A DNA stretch of 64,000 bases from Candidatus Woesearchaeota archaeon (GCA_018221105.1 JAAOYA010000008.1:259244-323243), one strand, 5' to 3'; positions 28,583 to 38,649 are shown, counted from the first letter of the stretch. A program made the numbers and translations. The notes: generated by a model not told the origin, from the letters alone.

Positions 28583-30706
28583 TTAATGTTTTTTCTTTCT
28601 TAGTATTAATCTTATGTAATTGTCACTCCAGCCTGCTAATGTTAGTTTTTGTTTTATTATGTTGGCCGGAATTTTTAATTTTTTCATTGTTCTAACATAC
28701 TTTCTTAACTCCTGTAATTTTTTGATTTTAGCAATTTTCAAACTGTTTTTTGTTATTTTTTTATTAAAATAAGTTACTTGGATTCTTTTTTTAACACGCT
28801 CCAAATCATCTTCTAAAACTGAAAGTCCGGTTCTTAATTCTCCACCTTCAGGCTTTTGAATTTTGTACTCGTGATAATACGCTGAACCACCAGCAACTCC
28901 TCCTAGCACAAGCAGTATTAACATCAATTTACGCCAAGTGCCTTTTTTTGCTTTAGTGGACTCTAATTGTTCTTGTGTTGTGTTAGTTGATTGATTTGCT
29001 AGTTGTGCGGGACTCTCTTGTACTGCTTGACCCGATATTGCACTAAGTGTTTGCTCATCGGTTTCATTAACAGTATTGATTATTGGCGCTTCAATATTTG
29101 TGCTGTTAGAAGTTGATGCTATAACAAAATATGATAATCCAGGGGTTATTGCTTCAAAATGATAAAATTCTTCATCTTCACTTATCACACTAGTGTTTAG
29201 TGGAGCCCATCCAATGATATAACGATACATTGTAATGTTTTTGGCAACATAGCCTTCATCTTCAAACCATTCTTTTAATATTTTAAATCTTATTTTTGCA
29301 GTTTCAAGATTAGTATTAGTCAAAACACCATGATCCATTTGCAAGTACGCAAAAACATTATTTTTTGCTGGAACAGCCGAAGGTTTAACAAAATATTTAG
29401 TTATTCCAAACCTAACACCATTTTTTTGCTCTTTTATAGTAAGTATTAAGTGTTCTATTGTAAGATCAGAATTAGAAAAATTCACTTGTGTAGTACCATT
29501 TTTTAGTCTTGAAAAAATAATTGTTTGTGAAGAGTCAACAACTGTTTCTACTGCTTGGCCGTCATCATCATCACCTTGGTTTGATGACGAACAAAAGCCT
29601 GATTCTGTGATTGTATCGTTGACACCATCATAAACACAAGTTTGTGTGCACAGCCTGGTTTTTTCTCCACTTGCACAACCACTCCAAACACCACAATTAT
29701 CGTATTCACTAGTGCAGCTTGGAAGCGATGTTATACTGGCAAGATTTGATATAGCGCTTAGGTTTTCATTGTTTTGACTGTCAAGACCTGTTATTGCATA
29801 ATAATATGTTGCGTTTGGCAAAGTATCAGTATCAGTCCACAAGTGATCAACAACATTAGAATCAATCCTATCAGTACTATTTGCAACAGTAAAGTTTGTG
29901 TTTGAACGATAAACGTTGTACTTAGTGATTTCTGGTTGTGAATCATAAGACCATAATATTCTTATTGAACCGTCACTCCTAGTGCTTGCTTGCAAATCTG
30001 TTACATTAATTGTTACAATTTTGTAAAAAGTAAAAGTTAGTTGATTGTTTTGGCTTATGTTGACACTAGTACCACTTCTTTGATAAAATCCTACTATGTT
30101 TGAAATATTTATTGTATAATTGTTATAATCGGTAGTGTTTGTAATATTAATTTTTCGAGTTATTAGTTTTTGTGATGGTATAGTGCCGTTAACACTAGTG
30201 TTATCAGTGTAGACTGTGTTATTGTCATTGTCAAATATTGTTATTGTAACATTTGCTAAATTATTGCTCACCCCATCAATTACGTTAATTGAAAGGTTTT
30301 GATAAAATGAAGCTGTACCAGTGCCAGTTATGTTAAAAGTATAAGAGTAAGTGTTATCATCAACTATCAAATCAGTGTTATGCAATCGAATATTATTTTG
30401 ATAACTTGCAATATCACAATTTTTTATTGTTATATTATTAAAGTTTGTTATGTTGATTCCCGTACCATTATTGTTGCCAGTTATCGCAGTATTATTACAA
30501 TCTAGTAATATGTTTGAAGCATTAAAAATTATTATTCCAGTATCGTTCAAATCAGTAATGCTTAATGTTTGGCCGCACAAAACAGTGTTATTGTTAATGT
30601 ATAAGTCGTCAGTTGTGTTAGTGCAAGCTTGAGTTTGAAGTGTCAAGAGTACTAAAAACAATGCAGAGAAACCTATAATTAACTGCTCTTTTTTCACTCT
30701 TGACAC
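28583..30706 (-). CDS. Cell-surface glycoprotein (beta-helix, FN3-like, Cys-rich, PGF-pre-PGF, C-terminal TM)
   Basis: Signal peptide; LDCNN..I.G...G.GI beta-helix; W......KYNVYRS..Y.YAIT FN3-like; AITPGLSYFVIA; TM; many NxS/T sequons. Confidence 0.82.
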   Translation of the reverse strand: MSRVKKEQLIIGFSALFLVLLTLQTQACTNTTDDLYINNNTVLCGQTLSITDLNDTGIIIFNASNILLDCNNTAITGNNNGTGINITNFNNITIKNCDIASYQNNIRLHNTDLIVDDNTYSYTFNITGTGTASFYQNLSINVIDGVSNNLANVTITIFDNDNNTVYTDNTSVNGTIPSQKLITRKINITNTTDYNNYTINISNIVGFYQRSGTSVNISQNNQLTFTFYKIVTINVTDLQASTRSDGSIRILWSYDSQPEITKYNVYRSNTNFTVANSTDRIDSNVVDHLWTDTDTLPNATYYYAITGLDSQNNENLSAISNLASITSLPSCTSEYDNCGVWSGCASGEKTRLCTQTCVYDGVNDTITESGFCSSSNQGDDDDGQAVETVVDSSQTIIFSRLKNGTTQVNFSNSDLTIEHLILTIKEQKNGVRFGITKYFVKPSAVPAKNNVFAYLQMDHGVLTNTNLETAKIRFKILKEWFEDEGYVAKNITMYRYIIGWAPLNTSVISEDEEFYHFEAITPGLSYFVIASTSNSTNIEAPIINTVNETDEQTLSAISGQAVQESPAQLANQSTNTTQEQLESTKAKKGTWRKLMLILLVLGGVAGGSAYYHEYKIQKPEGGELRTGLSVLEDDLERVKKRIQVTYFNKKITKNSLKIAKIKKLQELRKYVRTMKKLKIPANIIKQKLTLAGWSDNYIRLILRKKKH

Positions 30707-30827
30707 CAGTGCACCGGTTTTAAACTAGTTTAATACTAATTTAGAGCTTTATACTCGTATTTAAAACAACCGTTTTTATAGTCTACAGTTGCAATAATTT
30801 GATAAATAAAGAAAAAGTTAAGCGAAC

Positions 30828-32438
30828 ATGCTATCAAAGCGCCAGCAAACAAAGTGGATCATTGTAACAGGCGGAGTGCTCTCAGGCCTTGGCAAAGGAA
30901 TTGCGGCGGCAAGCATCGGACACCTTCTTCATGGCAAAAAAGTCATTCCAATAAAAAATGACGGTTACTTAAATGTTGATCCTGGAACAATGAATCCTAT
31001 AGAGCACGGTGAAGTATTCGTGCTTGATGATGGTGGAGAAGTTGACATGGACTTTGGCCATTATGAAAGATTCTTAAACATTAATTGCAAATTTGAATGG
31101 AATCTTACAATGGGAAAAGTTTTCGAGCTTGTAAGAAAAAAAGAACGCCGCGGTGATTACTTAGGAAAAACAGTTCAATTAATACCTCATGTTAGTGATT
31201 TGATAAAAGATTGGTGGACTCGCATAGCAGCACAAGAAAAAGCACAAGTAATGCTTGTCGAAATTGGTGGCACTGTTGGCGATATGGAAAACGAATTGTT
31301 TTTAGAAGCTGCCCGGCAATTAAGAAATAGTGTTGGCAAAGAAAACATGTTATTTGTTCACGTGACATATGTTCCAATACCGCATGGTGTTTTCGAGCAA
31401 AAAAGCAAGCCAACACAACAAAGTGTTCACTTACTTTTAGAGCGCGGCATCAAACCAGACATTATCATCGGACGCTGCAGTGAATTGTTGCGTGATTCAA
31501 TAAAAAATAAGATTGCAGCTTTTTGTGATGTTGACAAAAATGCTGTTATCACAGGACTTGACGTTGATAATGTTTACAAAATTCCTTTTGTTTTCGAAAA
31601 AGAAGGAATTGGAAATATTTTAAGCCAAAAATTAGGCATCAAAACCAATCCTAACAAAAGCAGTTGGCGAAGATTATTATATCATCTTGACAATCCAAAA
31701 ACCAGTTTGAATATTGCGATTTGTGGCAAGTACACAAAACTTGAAGATTCTTATGCCAGCATTATTGAAGCATTAAAGCATTGCGAGGCAAATTATTCTT
31801 GCAAGATTAATGTAAAATGGATTGAAACAACTGACGTGACAAATGATTTGGAAGCTGCAAAGACTTTGCGTGGCATTGATGGTGTTATAGTGCCTGGAGG
31901 TTTTGGCAGCAGAGGTGTTGAGGGGAAAATAAAAATCATAAAACATTGCAGAAAGCACAATATTGCGTTTTTGGGTCTTTGCTTGGGATTACAATTAGCT
32001 GTTGTAGAATACGCTCGTAATGTTTGCCAATTAAAGAATGCTCACACTACAGAAGTTGATAGTGCATCTGAGAATCCTGTTATTGACTTATTGCCTGGTC
32101 AGCGTACAATTAAAACTAAGGGTGCCACTATGAGACTTGGATCTTACAGGGCAATTTTAAAAGATAAAAGTCTTGTAAAAAAACTTTATAACAATAAAAA
32201 AGAGGTTTTCGAGCGTCACCGTCACAGATATGAAGTTAACCCAAAATATCATGAAATTCTTCAAAAAAACGGTTTAATACTTTGTGGCATGTCTCCTGAT
32301 GGTAGACTTGTAGAGTTTATAGAGCTAGCAGGTCATAAGTATTTTGTTGCAACACAATCACACCCTGAGTTAAAGAGTCGTCTACAAAATCCAGCTCCGT
32401 TGTTTAGTGGCTTTATTAAAGCTATATTGCATAGCTAA
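30828..32438 (+). CDS. pyrG: CTP synthase
   Basis: GGVLSGLGKG, NVDPGTMNP..HGEV, KSKPTQ, GLCLG, ERHRHRYE, HPE. Confidence 0.98.
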   Translation: MLSKRQQTKWIIVTGGVLSGLGKGIAAASIGHLLHGKKVIPIKNDGYLNVDPGTMNPIEHGEVFVLDDGGEVDMDFGHYERFLNINCKFEWNLTMGKVFELVRKKERRGDYLGKTVQLIPHVSDLIKDWWTRIAAQEKAQVMLVEIGGTVGDMENELFLEAARQLRNSVGKENMLFVHVTYVPIPHGVFEQKSKPTQQSVHLLLERGIKPDIIIGRCSELLRDSIKNKIAAFCDVDKNAVITGLDVDNVYKIPFVFEKEGIGNILSQKLGIKTNPNKSSWRRLLYHLDNPKTSLNIAICGKYTKLEDSYASIIEALKHCEANYSCKINVKWIETTDVTNDLEAAKTLRGIDGVIVPGGFGSRGVEGKIKIIKHCRKHNIAFLGLCLGLQLAVVEYARNVCQLKNAHTTEVDSASENPVIDLLPGQRTIKTKGATMRLGSYRAILKDKSLVKKLYNNKKEVFERHRHRYEVNPKYHEILQKNGLILCGMSPDGRLVEFIELAGHKYFVATQSHPELKSRLQNPAPLFSGFIKAILHS

Positions 32439-32477
32439 TGGCGTAAGTTTTATAAAAAACAACAAAAAACTGCGCTT

Positions 32478-33503
32478 ATGGCTAGAAATAAAGGTCGTCG
32501 AGTAAAAAGAAGAGTTCTAACATCTTCAACGCAGACAAAAAAACCAGAAGATACTATAAAAACAGTTCATAAACCTGCTGATATTCAAAAAACAAAACAA
32601 GGACCAGCAATAAATGATAGTTTTCTTTCAAAGCTTGACAGTTTTTACAATCAAAACTACAAGATTTTATTATTAATTCCTGCAATAATGCTTTTTGGAG
32701 CTTTAATACTGATTTTTTTTCAAGTTGCAAACACTGGAGATTTTATCAATAAGGGAGTTTCACTAAAAGGCGGCACCACTATTGAAGTTATTGGAGGCTT
32801 AGAAGTTGATGCTTTAGCATTAAAGAGTTTGTTGATAACACAATTTGAAAACTCCGATATTGATGTTCGATTAATTCGTGAAGCAGGAAATTATAAAGGC
32901 TTTATTATAGATCTTGCAAGTGAACTAGACAGTGATAAAGTAATAAGCTTTTTACAAGTTAGACAATTTTTGACAACTCAAGAGTATAGTGTGCAACAAA
33001 TTGGCTCAGCACTTGGAGAGAATTTTTTCCGTGAAACTTTTAGAGTGTTGATTTTCACTTTTATTTTTATGGGACTCGTAGTGTTTTTTTATTTTAGAAC
33101 TTTCATTCCTTCACTTGCGGTTATACTGGCAGCTGCCAGTGATATGATAGTCACTGTAGCAATTATTAATTTGATGGGAATTAAACTATCAACTGCTGGC
33201 ATCGCAGCTTTTTTGATGCTTATAGGTTATTCTGTAGACACTGACATACTACTTTCTACCAGAATGTTAAAGCGCAAGACCGGCTCTGCATATGACGGCT
33301 TAAAAAGCGCTTTAGGCACTGGATTGTTAATGAGCATTACAACAATTAGTGCTGTTAGTGCTGGACTTTACTTTTCACAATCTGATGTTTTAAAACAAAT
33401 AATGCTTATTTTACTAGTAGGATTGCTTGTGGACATTATCAATACTTGGATTCAAAATGCTGGAATATTACGCTGGTATATGGAGGCAAAAAAAATTGAC
33501 TAA
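32478..33503 (+). CDS. secF: Protein translocase subunit SecF
   Basis: GVSLKGGT, LMLIGYSVDTDILL, six TM helices. Confidence 0.93.
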   Translation: MARNKGRRVKRRVLTSSTQTKKPEDTIKTVHKPADIQKTKQGPAINDSFLSKLDSFYNQNYKILLLIPAIMLFGALILIFFQVANTGDFINKGVSLKGGTTIEVIGGLEVDALALKSLLITQFENSDIDVRLIREAGNYKGFIIDLASELDSDKVISFLQVRQFLTTQEYSVQQIGSALGENFFRETFRVLIFTFIFMGLVVFFYFRTFIPSLAVILAAASDMIVTVAIINLMGIKLSTAGIAAFLMLIGYSVDTDILLSTRMLKRKTGSAYDGLKSALGTGLLMSITTISAVSAGLYFSQSDVLKQIMLILLVGLLVDIINTWIQNAGILRWYMEAKKID

Positions 33504-35205
33504 AGCCAAAAAACTATTAACTAATTGGCGAGTATTATTACTACTATTTTTTTTGTTGATGGCAGTTGTCTCAATCCACCCGGCACCAAACAATTCTGGA
33601 GTTGCAATACGCTCAGTGTTGCCAAACAGCACAGCAGCTAACACTGGTTTTGAAAGTCCAAAGCCAAACGCTAATCCCTTAAGTTGGGAAGTTATCAAAA
33701 CAATCAATGGCATTGAAATAAGTAGTGAAGCTAAATATTTTAGTGCTGTTAGTGACTTGCAAGTAAACCAGACAATTTTAATAAGCACTAATAAAAAAAC
33801 TTACAAGCTAACAGTAGAACCACTAACTAAAATAACAATTCTTAATCAAACAACAACACAGCGTGTTATAGAAGAAGTCTTTGATGAAGAGCTCAACAAA
33901 ACTATCAATAAAACAAAACTTGTAAAAGTTCCGCAGACATTGACCGAAATTTTAGGTCCTGCAGATTTAGGATTGAAAATCTCTAAAGCTCCAACAACTA
34001 ACATTCGAAAAGGTCTTGACCTGCAAGGTGGCACAAGAGTATTATTGCAACCTGTCAATAAAACAACAGCTGAAGATATGGAACTAATAATTTCTAATAT
34101 GAATGAACGATTAAATGTTTTCGGTCTTTCAGATGTTTTAATAAGAACTGCCGGTGACTTGTCAGGAAACCAGTATATTATTGTTGAGATTGCTGGTGCT
34201 AACGAAGAAGAAGTCAAAAACTTACTTGCCAAACAAGGAAAATTCGAAGCAAAAGTAGTAAACAATACTGTTTTTAAAGGCAGCAAAAAAGATATTGCAT
34301 ATGTTTGCCGCTCAAGCCAATGTGCCGGCATTGACCCATCTAATGGTTGTGGTCCGCTAGCTGACGGCAATTTTGTGTGTAATTTTCGTTTTGCGATAAC
34401 ACTCAGTAATGAAGCAGCAGAAAACTTTGCAAGTTCAACACAAGACTTGCAAGTAGTCACTAATGAACAAGGTGATGATTACTTATCAGAAAAAATAGAT
34501 TTCTTGCTAGATGACAATTTAATAACTTCACTAAACATTGTTGCAAGTCTTAAAGGACAGGCGCAAACAGACATTTCTATTACGGGAAGCGCTATTGGCC
34601 CATCAGAGCAAGAAGCTGCATTTAATGCTATTAATGAAATGAAGCGATTGCAAAGCATATTGTCATCCGGTTCACTGCCAACAAAAATTGAAATTGTTCA
34701 AACAAGTAATGTCAGTCCACTTTTAGGTAATGAGTTTACAAAAAATGCTATACTTGTCGGAATTGTAGCAATATTTGTTGTTTCACTAGTAGTATTTATT
34801 CGTTATAGAAAATGGCAAATTGCTATTCCTATGACTATAACAATGGCAAGTGAAGTAATACTGCTTTTAGGTTTTGCTTCAATTGTAGCTTGGAATCTTG
34901 ACCTGGCAGCTATTGCAGGAATCATTATCGCGGTAGGTACTGGAGTTGACCATCAAATAATAATTGCTGATGAAACATTGCGCGGTGAAGCTTTAAAGTC
35001 TAGTTGGCGTGAAAGACTAAAAAATGCTTTTTTTATTATAATGGTGGCATATTCTACAACAGTTGTTGCAATGGTGCCATTACTGGTTGCTGGAGCAGGA
35101 CTTTTGAAAGGTTTTGCTTTTACTACAATAGTTGGAGTGTCACTAGGAGTATTCTTGACAAGACCTGCTTTTGCGTCAATTATTGAAATTTTGCTAAAAA
35201 AATAA
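33496..35205 (+). CDS. secD: Protein translocase subunit SecD with PDZ-like insertion
   Basis: GLDLQGG, SGSLP, GIIIAVGTGVDHQIII.DE, LKGFA; TTG start at 33496 with GGAGG SD. Confidence 0.93.
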   Translation: MTKAKKLLTNWRVLLLLFFLLMAVVSIHPAPNNSGVAIRSVLPNSTAANTGFESPKPNANPLSWEVIKTINGIEISSEAKYFSAVSDLQVNQTILISTNKKTYKLTVEPLTKITILNQTTTQRVIEEVFDEELNKTINKTKLVKVPQTLTEILGPADLGLKISKAPTTNIRKGLDLQGGTRVLLQPVNKTTAEDMELIISNMNERLNVFGLSDVLIRTAGDLSGNQYIIVEIAGANEEEVKNLLAKQGKFEAKVVNNTVFKGSKKDIAYVCRSSQCAGIDPSNGCGPLADGNFVCNFRFAITLSNEAAENFASSTQDLQVVTNEQGDDYLSEKIDFLLDDNLITSLNIVASLKGQAQTDISITGSAIGPSEQEAAFNAINEMKRLQSILSSGSLPTKIEIVQTSNVSPLLGNEFTKNAILVGIVAIFVVSLVVFIRYRKWQIAIPMTITMASEVILLLGFASIVAWNLDLAAIAGIIIAVGTGVDHQIIIADETLRGEALKSSWRERLKNAFFIIMVAYSTTVVAMVPLLVAGAGLLKGFAFTTIVGVSLGVFLTRPAFASIIEILLKK

Positions 35206-35251
35206 TAAAAAAGGGGCAGGTTTTAAAAACAATAAAACAATTTTTGTTCTT

Positions 35252-35623
35252 ATGAAAGCACAAAAACAAGCATTATTATTTGTGGTTATCACTACTTTTT
35301 TTACGACTACAGGACAGTTTTTTTGGAAGAAAGGGGCTGATTTGAGTGTTAATGGTGCTGGTTTTCTAATTTATAATTATTGGAGCGTCATAGGATTTTT
35401 TTTGTATGCTTTTGGAGCACTATTTTTAATTTTGGCGCTTCGACTTGACAATCTTAGCAAGGTTTTTCCTGTTGTGGCAACGTCTTATGTGTGGGTTGTT
35501 TTTTTATCACCGCTGTTTTTTGCTGGCGAAAATTACACTTTGTTTAAAAGTGTTGGAGCGATAATGGTACTTTTTGGTGTTATAATGGTGAACACTCGAT
35601 TTGTTGGTGAAAACAATGACTAA
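35252..35623 (+). CDS. Small DMT/EamA (ArnE/ArnF-like) membrane protein
   Basis: Four TM helices, GQ..WK.G, LS.V.P....SYVW, GE......G...GV. Confidence 0.8.
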   Translation: MKAQKQALLFVVITTFFTTTGQFFWKKGADLSVNGAGFLIYNYWSVIGFFLYAFGALFLILALRLDNLSKVFPVVATSYVWVVFLSPLFFAGENYTLFKSVGAIMVLFGVIMVNTRFVGENND

Positions 35624-35963
35624 TATTATAATGGGCATTTTGTTGACTGTTTTTTCTTCAGTTTTTAATGCTGTTGGCCCATTTTTAATAAAACAAGGAG
35701 TCAAAAAAGATCAAAAGATTGTAGAATTATTTTTTGATAAGCTTGTGATTGGCGGTTTAATTGTGACTTTTGTTGGAGCTTCAATATTTGTTTTTGCTTT
35801 GCGTTTTGCACAATTATCAATTTTGTATCCTTTTGTTGCAATGACCTACGCGTGGGTTGCACTACTTTCAAAAAAATATCTTGATGAGTCAATAACTAAT
35901 AAAATGTGGTTTGGCATAATATTAATATTGTTGGGGGTTTCAATTATTGGTATTACAAGCTAG
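35616..35963 (+). CDS. Small DMT/EamA (ArnE/ArnF-like) membrane protein
   Basis: Four TM helices, ALR...LS.LYP....Y.W, E.I.....GI..I..GV; ATG 35616 with GGTGA SD. Confidence 0.8.
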   Translation: MTNIIMGILLTVFSSVFNAVGPFLIKQGVKKDQKIVELFFDKLVIGGLIVTFVGASIFVFALRFAQLSILYPFVAMTYAWVALLSKKYLDESITNKMWFGIILILLGVSIIGITS

Positions 35964-35966
35964 AAA

Positions 35967-37601
35967 ATGAGTTTTGGACAGAACTTTAAGGATTTTAAGC
36001 GTTTTGAGCAAATTGTTAGAGTGTTTTTAAAAAATGGTTTTGGAGTGTACCTTTCAAAATTTGGTCTTATAAAAAAACTTCCACTAGCGCGCAAGATATC
36101 ACCAATAAAAACTAATGAACCTGTAAAATTGCGAAAGTGTTTTGAGCAATTAGGCGGTACTTTTGTAAAGCTTGGTCAATTGTTAAGCTTGCGCCCGGAT
36201 CTTATTCCTAAAGAGTATGCTGATGAGCTTGCAAAACTTCAAGATAAGGTCGCTCCCTTTGATGTTAAACTTGTTAAAAAGATTATTTCACAAGAGTGTG
36301 GCAAGTCGTTGTCGGAGGTTTTTTCTCGTTTTGACGAAAAACCGCTTGCTGCTGCTTCTATTGCGCAAGTTCACCGTGCTAGACTTAAAACTGGCGAGGA
36401 AGTAGTTTTGAAAGTTCGCCGCCCAAATGTTGAAGAGCTTTTCGAGACTGATATTGACATTTTAGAAAAAGTTGCAAAGTACTTGACAAAAAAGTATCAT
36501 CCGGAGCTTATTGACCCGCAAGAAATTATTGAAGAATTTAAAGGTTATACATTAAAAGAGCTTGATTTTGAGCATGAAGCGCAAAACATTGAAGAGTTTA
36601 GCAAGAATTTCAAGGGTGATGCTACTACTAAAATTCCGCAGGTTTTTAGGGATTACACTTCAAAAAAAGTTTTGTGCATGCAATACATTGAAGGTGTAAA
36701 AGTTAGCAATAAACGAGAACTTATAAAAAAACATTATAATCCTAAAAAAATTGTTTCAAATATCACTTATTCTATTTTTAAACAGATTTTTGTTCACGGT
36801 GTATTTCACGCAGATCCTCACCCAGGCAATATTTTAGTGATTAAAAATAATCGTGTTGTTTTTTTAGATTTTGGCATTGTTGGACGCTTGACTGGCAGTG
36901 TTCGTGCAAAGACTACAAATTTGTTCACGGCTCTTATAACTCGTGATAAAGAACTTATAGGTGATGCTATGCTTGACTTGGGGCTTTTAGAAGAAGGTTT
37001 TAATCGTGAAGATTTTAATGATGATTTGTCAGATACATTATCAAAGTATTATGATGTTGAAATACAAAACATTATTATTAGTGAACTGTTTTATGATCTT
37101 TTGAATTTTGCCGGGCGCAATAGCATTCAATTACCTGCAAACTTTGTTCTTTTGGGAAAAACTCTTAGTACTGTTGAAGGTTTTGGCTCTAAACTAGACC
37201 CGCATTTTAATTTGATAAAGACTTGCAAGCCTTTTGCTATGCGTTTGATTAGGCAGCGAAAAAACCTTAAGACTTTGCTCCATGATAGCAGGCTTGCAGC
37301 TCATAGAACTAAAAGGTTTTTAAGTAGTTTTCCAGATTCCGCGAGTGAGTTTTTACGTCGTGTGAAAAGCGCTGATGATGACTTGAGGGAAATGCACCAG
37401 GATTTGAAAATTGTTAATTATAACATGGAAACTTCTAGTAATCGTTTAACTTTAGCAATGCTCATTACTGCTTTTTTAGTGTCTTCTAGTGTATTATTAA
37501 GTTATGAAAAAATATTGGCCTACATTGGCTTTTCTTTTGCAGGACTGTTATTTTTATTATTTTTGTATTCTTACACTCATAAAAAAGATAATTTTCGATA
37601 G
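35967..37601 (+). CDS. ubiB: UbiB/AarF/ABC1 atypical kinase
   Basis: LGGTFVKLGQ, AAASIAQVH, ELDF..EA, FHADPHPGN, LDFG, C-terminal TM pair. Confidence 0.93.
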   Translation: MSFGQNFKDFKRFEQIVRVFLKNGFGVYLSKFGLIKKLPLARKISPIKTNEPVKLRKCFEQLGGTFVKLGQLLSLRPDLIPKEYADELAKLQDKVAPFDVKLVKKIISQECGKSLSEVFSRFDEKPLAAASIAQVHRARLKTGEEVVLKVRRPNVEELFETDIDILEKVAKYLTKKYHPELIDPQEIIEEFKGYTLKELDFEHEAQNIEEFSKNFKGDATTKIPQVFRDYTSKKVLCMQYIEGVKVSNKRELIKKHYNPKKIVSNITYSIFKQIFVHGVFHADPHPGNILVIKNNRVVFLDFGIVGRLTGSVRAKTTNLFTALITRDKELIGDAMLDLGLLEEGFNREDFNDDLSDTLSKYYDVEIQNIIISELFYDLLNFAGRNSIQLPANFVLLGKTLSTVEGFGSKLDPHFNLIKTCKPFAMRLIRQRKNLKTLLHDSRLAAHRTKRFLSSFPDSASEFLRRVKSADDDLREMHQDLKIVNYNMETSSNRLTLAMLITAFLVSSSVLLSYEKILAYIGFSFAGLLFLLFLYSYTHKKDNFR

Positions 37602-37655
37602 GTTTTTAAATGAGTTTAAAATAATGCAATTTAATAAAAATTTGAGGCTGATTAA

Positions 37656-37886
37656 ATGATAAAAAAAATCACAGGCGGATTTAAAAAAGTGTTTTCCAAA
37701 GGCGCTAATGTCATTAAAGCTGTTGGTAAGACTGCTTTTGGTGATGCAAAAAAAGCAGCTCCTAAAGTTGCGCGTGCTACAAAAAGTGAAGCTAAAAAGC
37801 TTGCTGGTGTTGCAAAGACAGCTGCTAAAAAAAAGCCTGTTAAAAAACGCAAGAGTGCTAAGCGAAAAACCACTAGAAAAAAATAA
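37656..37886 (+). CDS. Small highly basic Lys/Ala-rich protein (histone H1-like composition)
   Basis: 76 aa with AKK/KTAAKKK repeats; own TATA (TTTTTAAA near 37603), GAGG SD and downstream T-run. Confidence 0.7.
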   Translation: MIKKITGGFKKVFSKGANVIKAVGKTAFGDAKKAAPKVARATKSEAKKLAGVAKTAAKKKPVKKRKSAKRKTTRKK

Positions 37887-37941
37887 AACAATTCTTTTTT
37901 TTTGATAAGTTTTAAATAAAGAATTCTTTTCTGATAGTTTT

Positions 37942-38649
37942 ATGAGAGATTATAAAAAATTACGTCAAAAACTATTGATTAATACTAAACATAAGCTAAA
38001 AGCTAGTGTTAACACTGACCAATTGATAATTCAAGCAACTAGCACTATTGAAGAATTAGATAAGGCTATAAATGTTTTAGCTGTTAAGTTTCGAGAGTGG
38101 TATGAATTGTACAATCCTGAACTTTCGCATTCTGTAAAGGATCATAAAAAGTTTGTAGAATTGGCGCTTGTGGATTCTTCTAAAAGTGTTATGGGTGCTA
38201 AGTTAGAAAAGCTTGATTTGCAAGTTTTATTGTCTTTTGCAAAAAATATTGATGAATTGTTTGTAAAAAGAGAAAAAATTGTTTTGTATGCTGAAAAAAA
38301 GATTTCAAAGCTTATGCCTAACGCTTCTATTGTTGGAAAACCTTTGATTGTTGCTAAATTATTAGTTCACGCTGGGAGTCTTGAGCGCTTGGCGTTACTG
38401 CCTGCTTCAACAATTCAATTGTTTGGCGCTGAAAAAGCGTTGTTTAGGCACTTGCACACTAAGGCTAAGCCTCCAAAGCATGGTTTGATATTGCAGCATC
38501 CTTTGCTTGCTAGTGCTAAGCGTGCAGATAGAGGGCGTGTTGCTAGGGCTCTCGCTGACAAACTGGCTATTGCTTTTAAAATTGATTTTTTTGGCGGTGA
38601 TTTTATTGGTGATAAATTGTTAAAGGATTTGGAGGAGAAATTTTTATGA
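37942..38649 (+). CDS. nop5: C/D box sRNP core protein Nop5 (short form)
   Basis: D.LIIQA..EELDK..N....REWY..NPEL, PASTIQ..GAEKALF.H, PPKHG. Confidence 0.92.
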   Translation: MRDYKKLRQKLLINTKHKLKASVNTDQLIIQATSTIEELDKAINVLAVKFREWYELYNPELSHSVKDHKKFVELALVDSSKSVMGAKLEKLDLQVLLSFAKNIDELFVKREKIVLYAEKKISKLMPNASIVGKPLIVAKLLVHAGSLERLALLPASTIQLFGAEKALFRHLHTKAKPPKHGLILQHPLLASAKRADRGRVARALADKLAIAFKIDFFGGDFIGDKLLKDLEEKFL

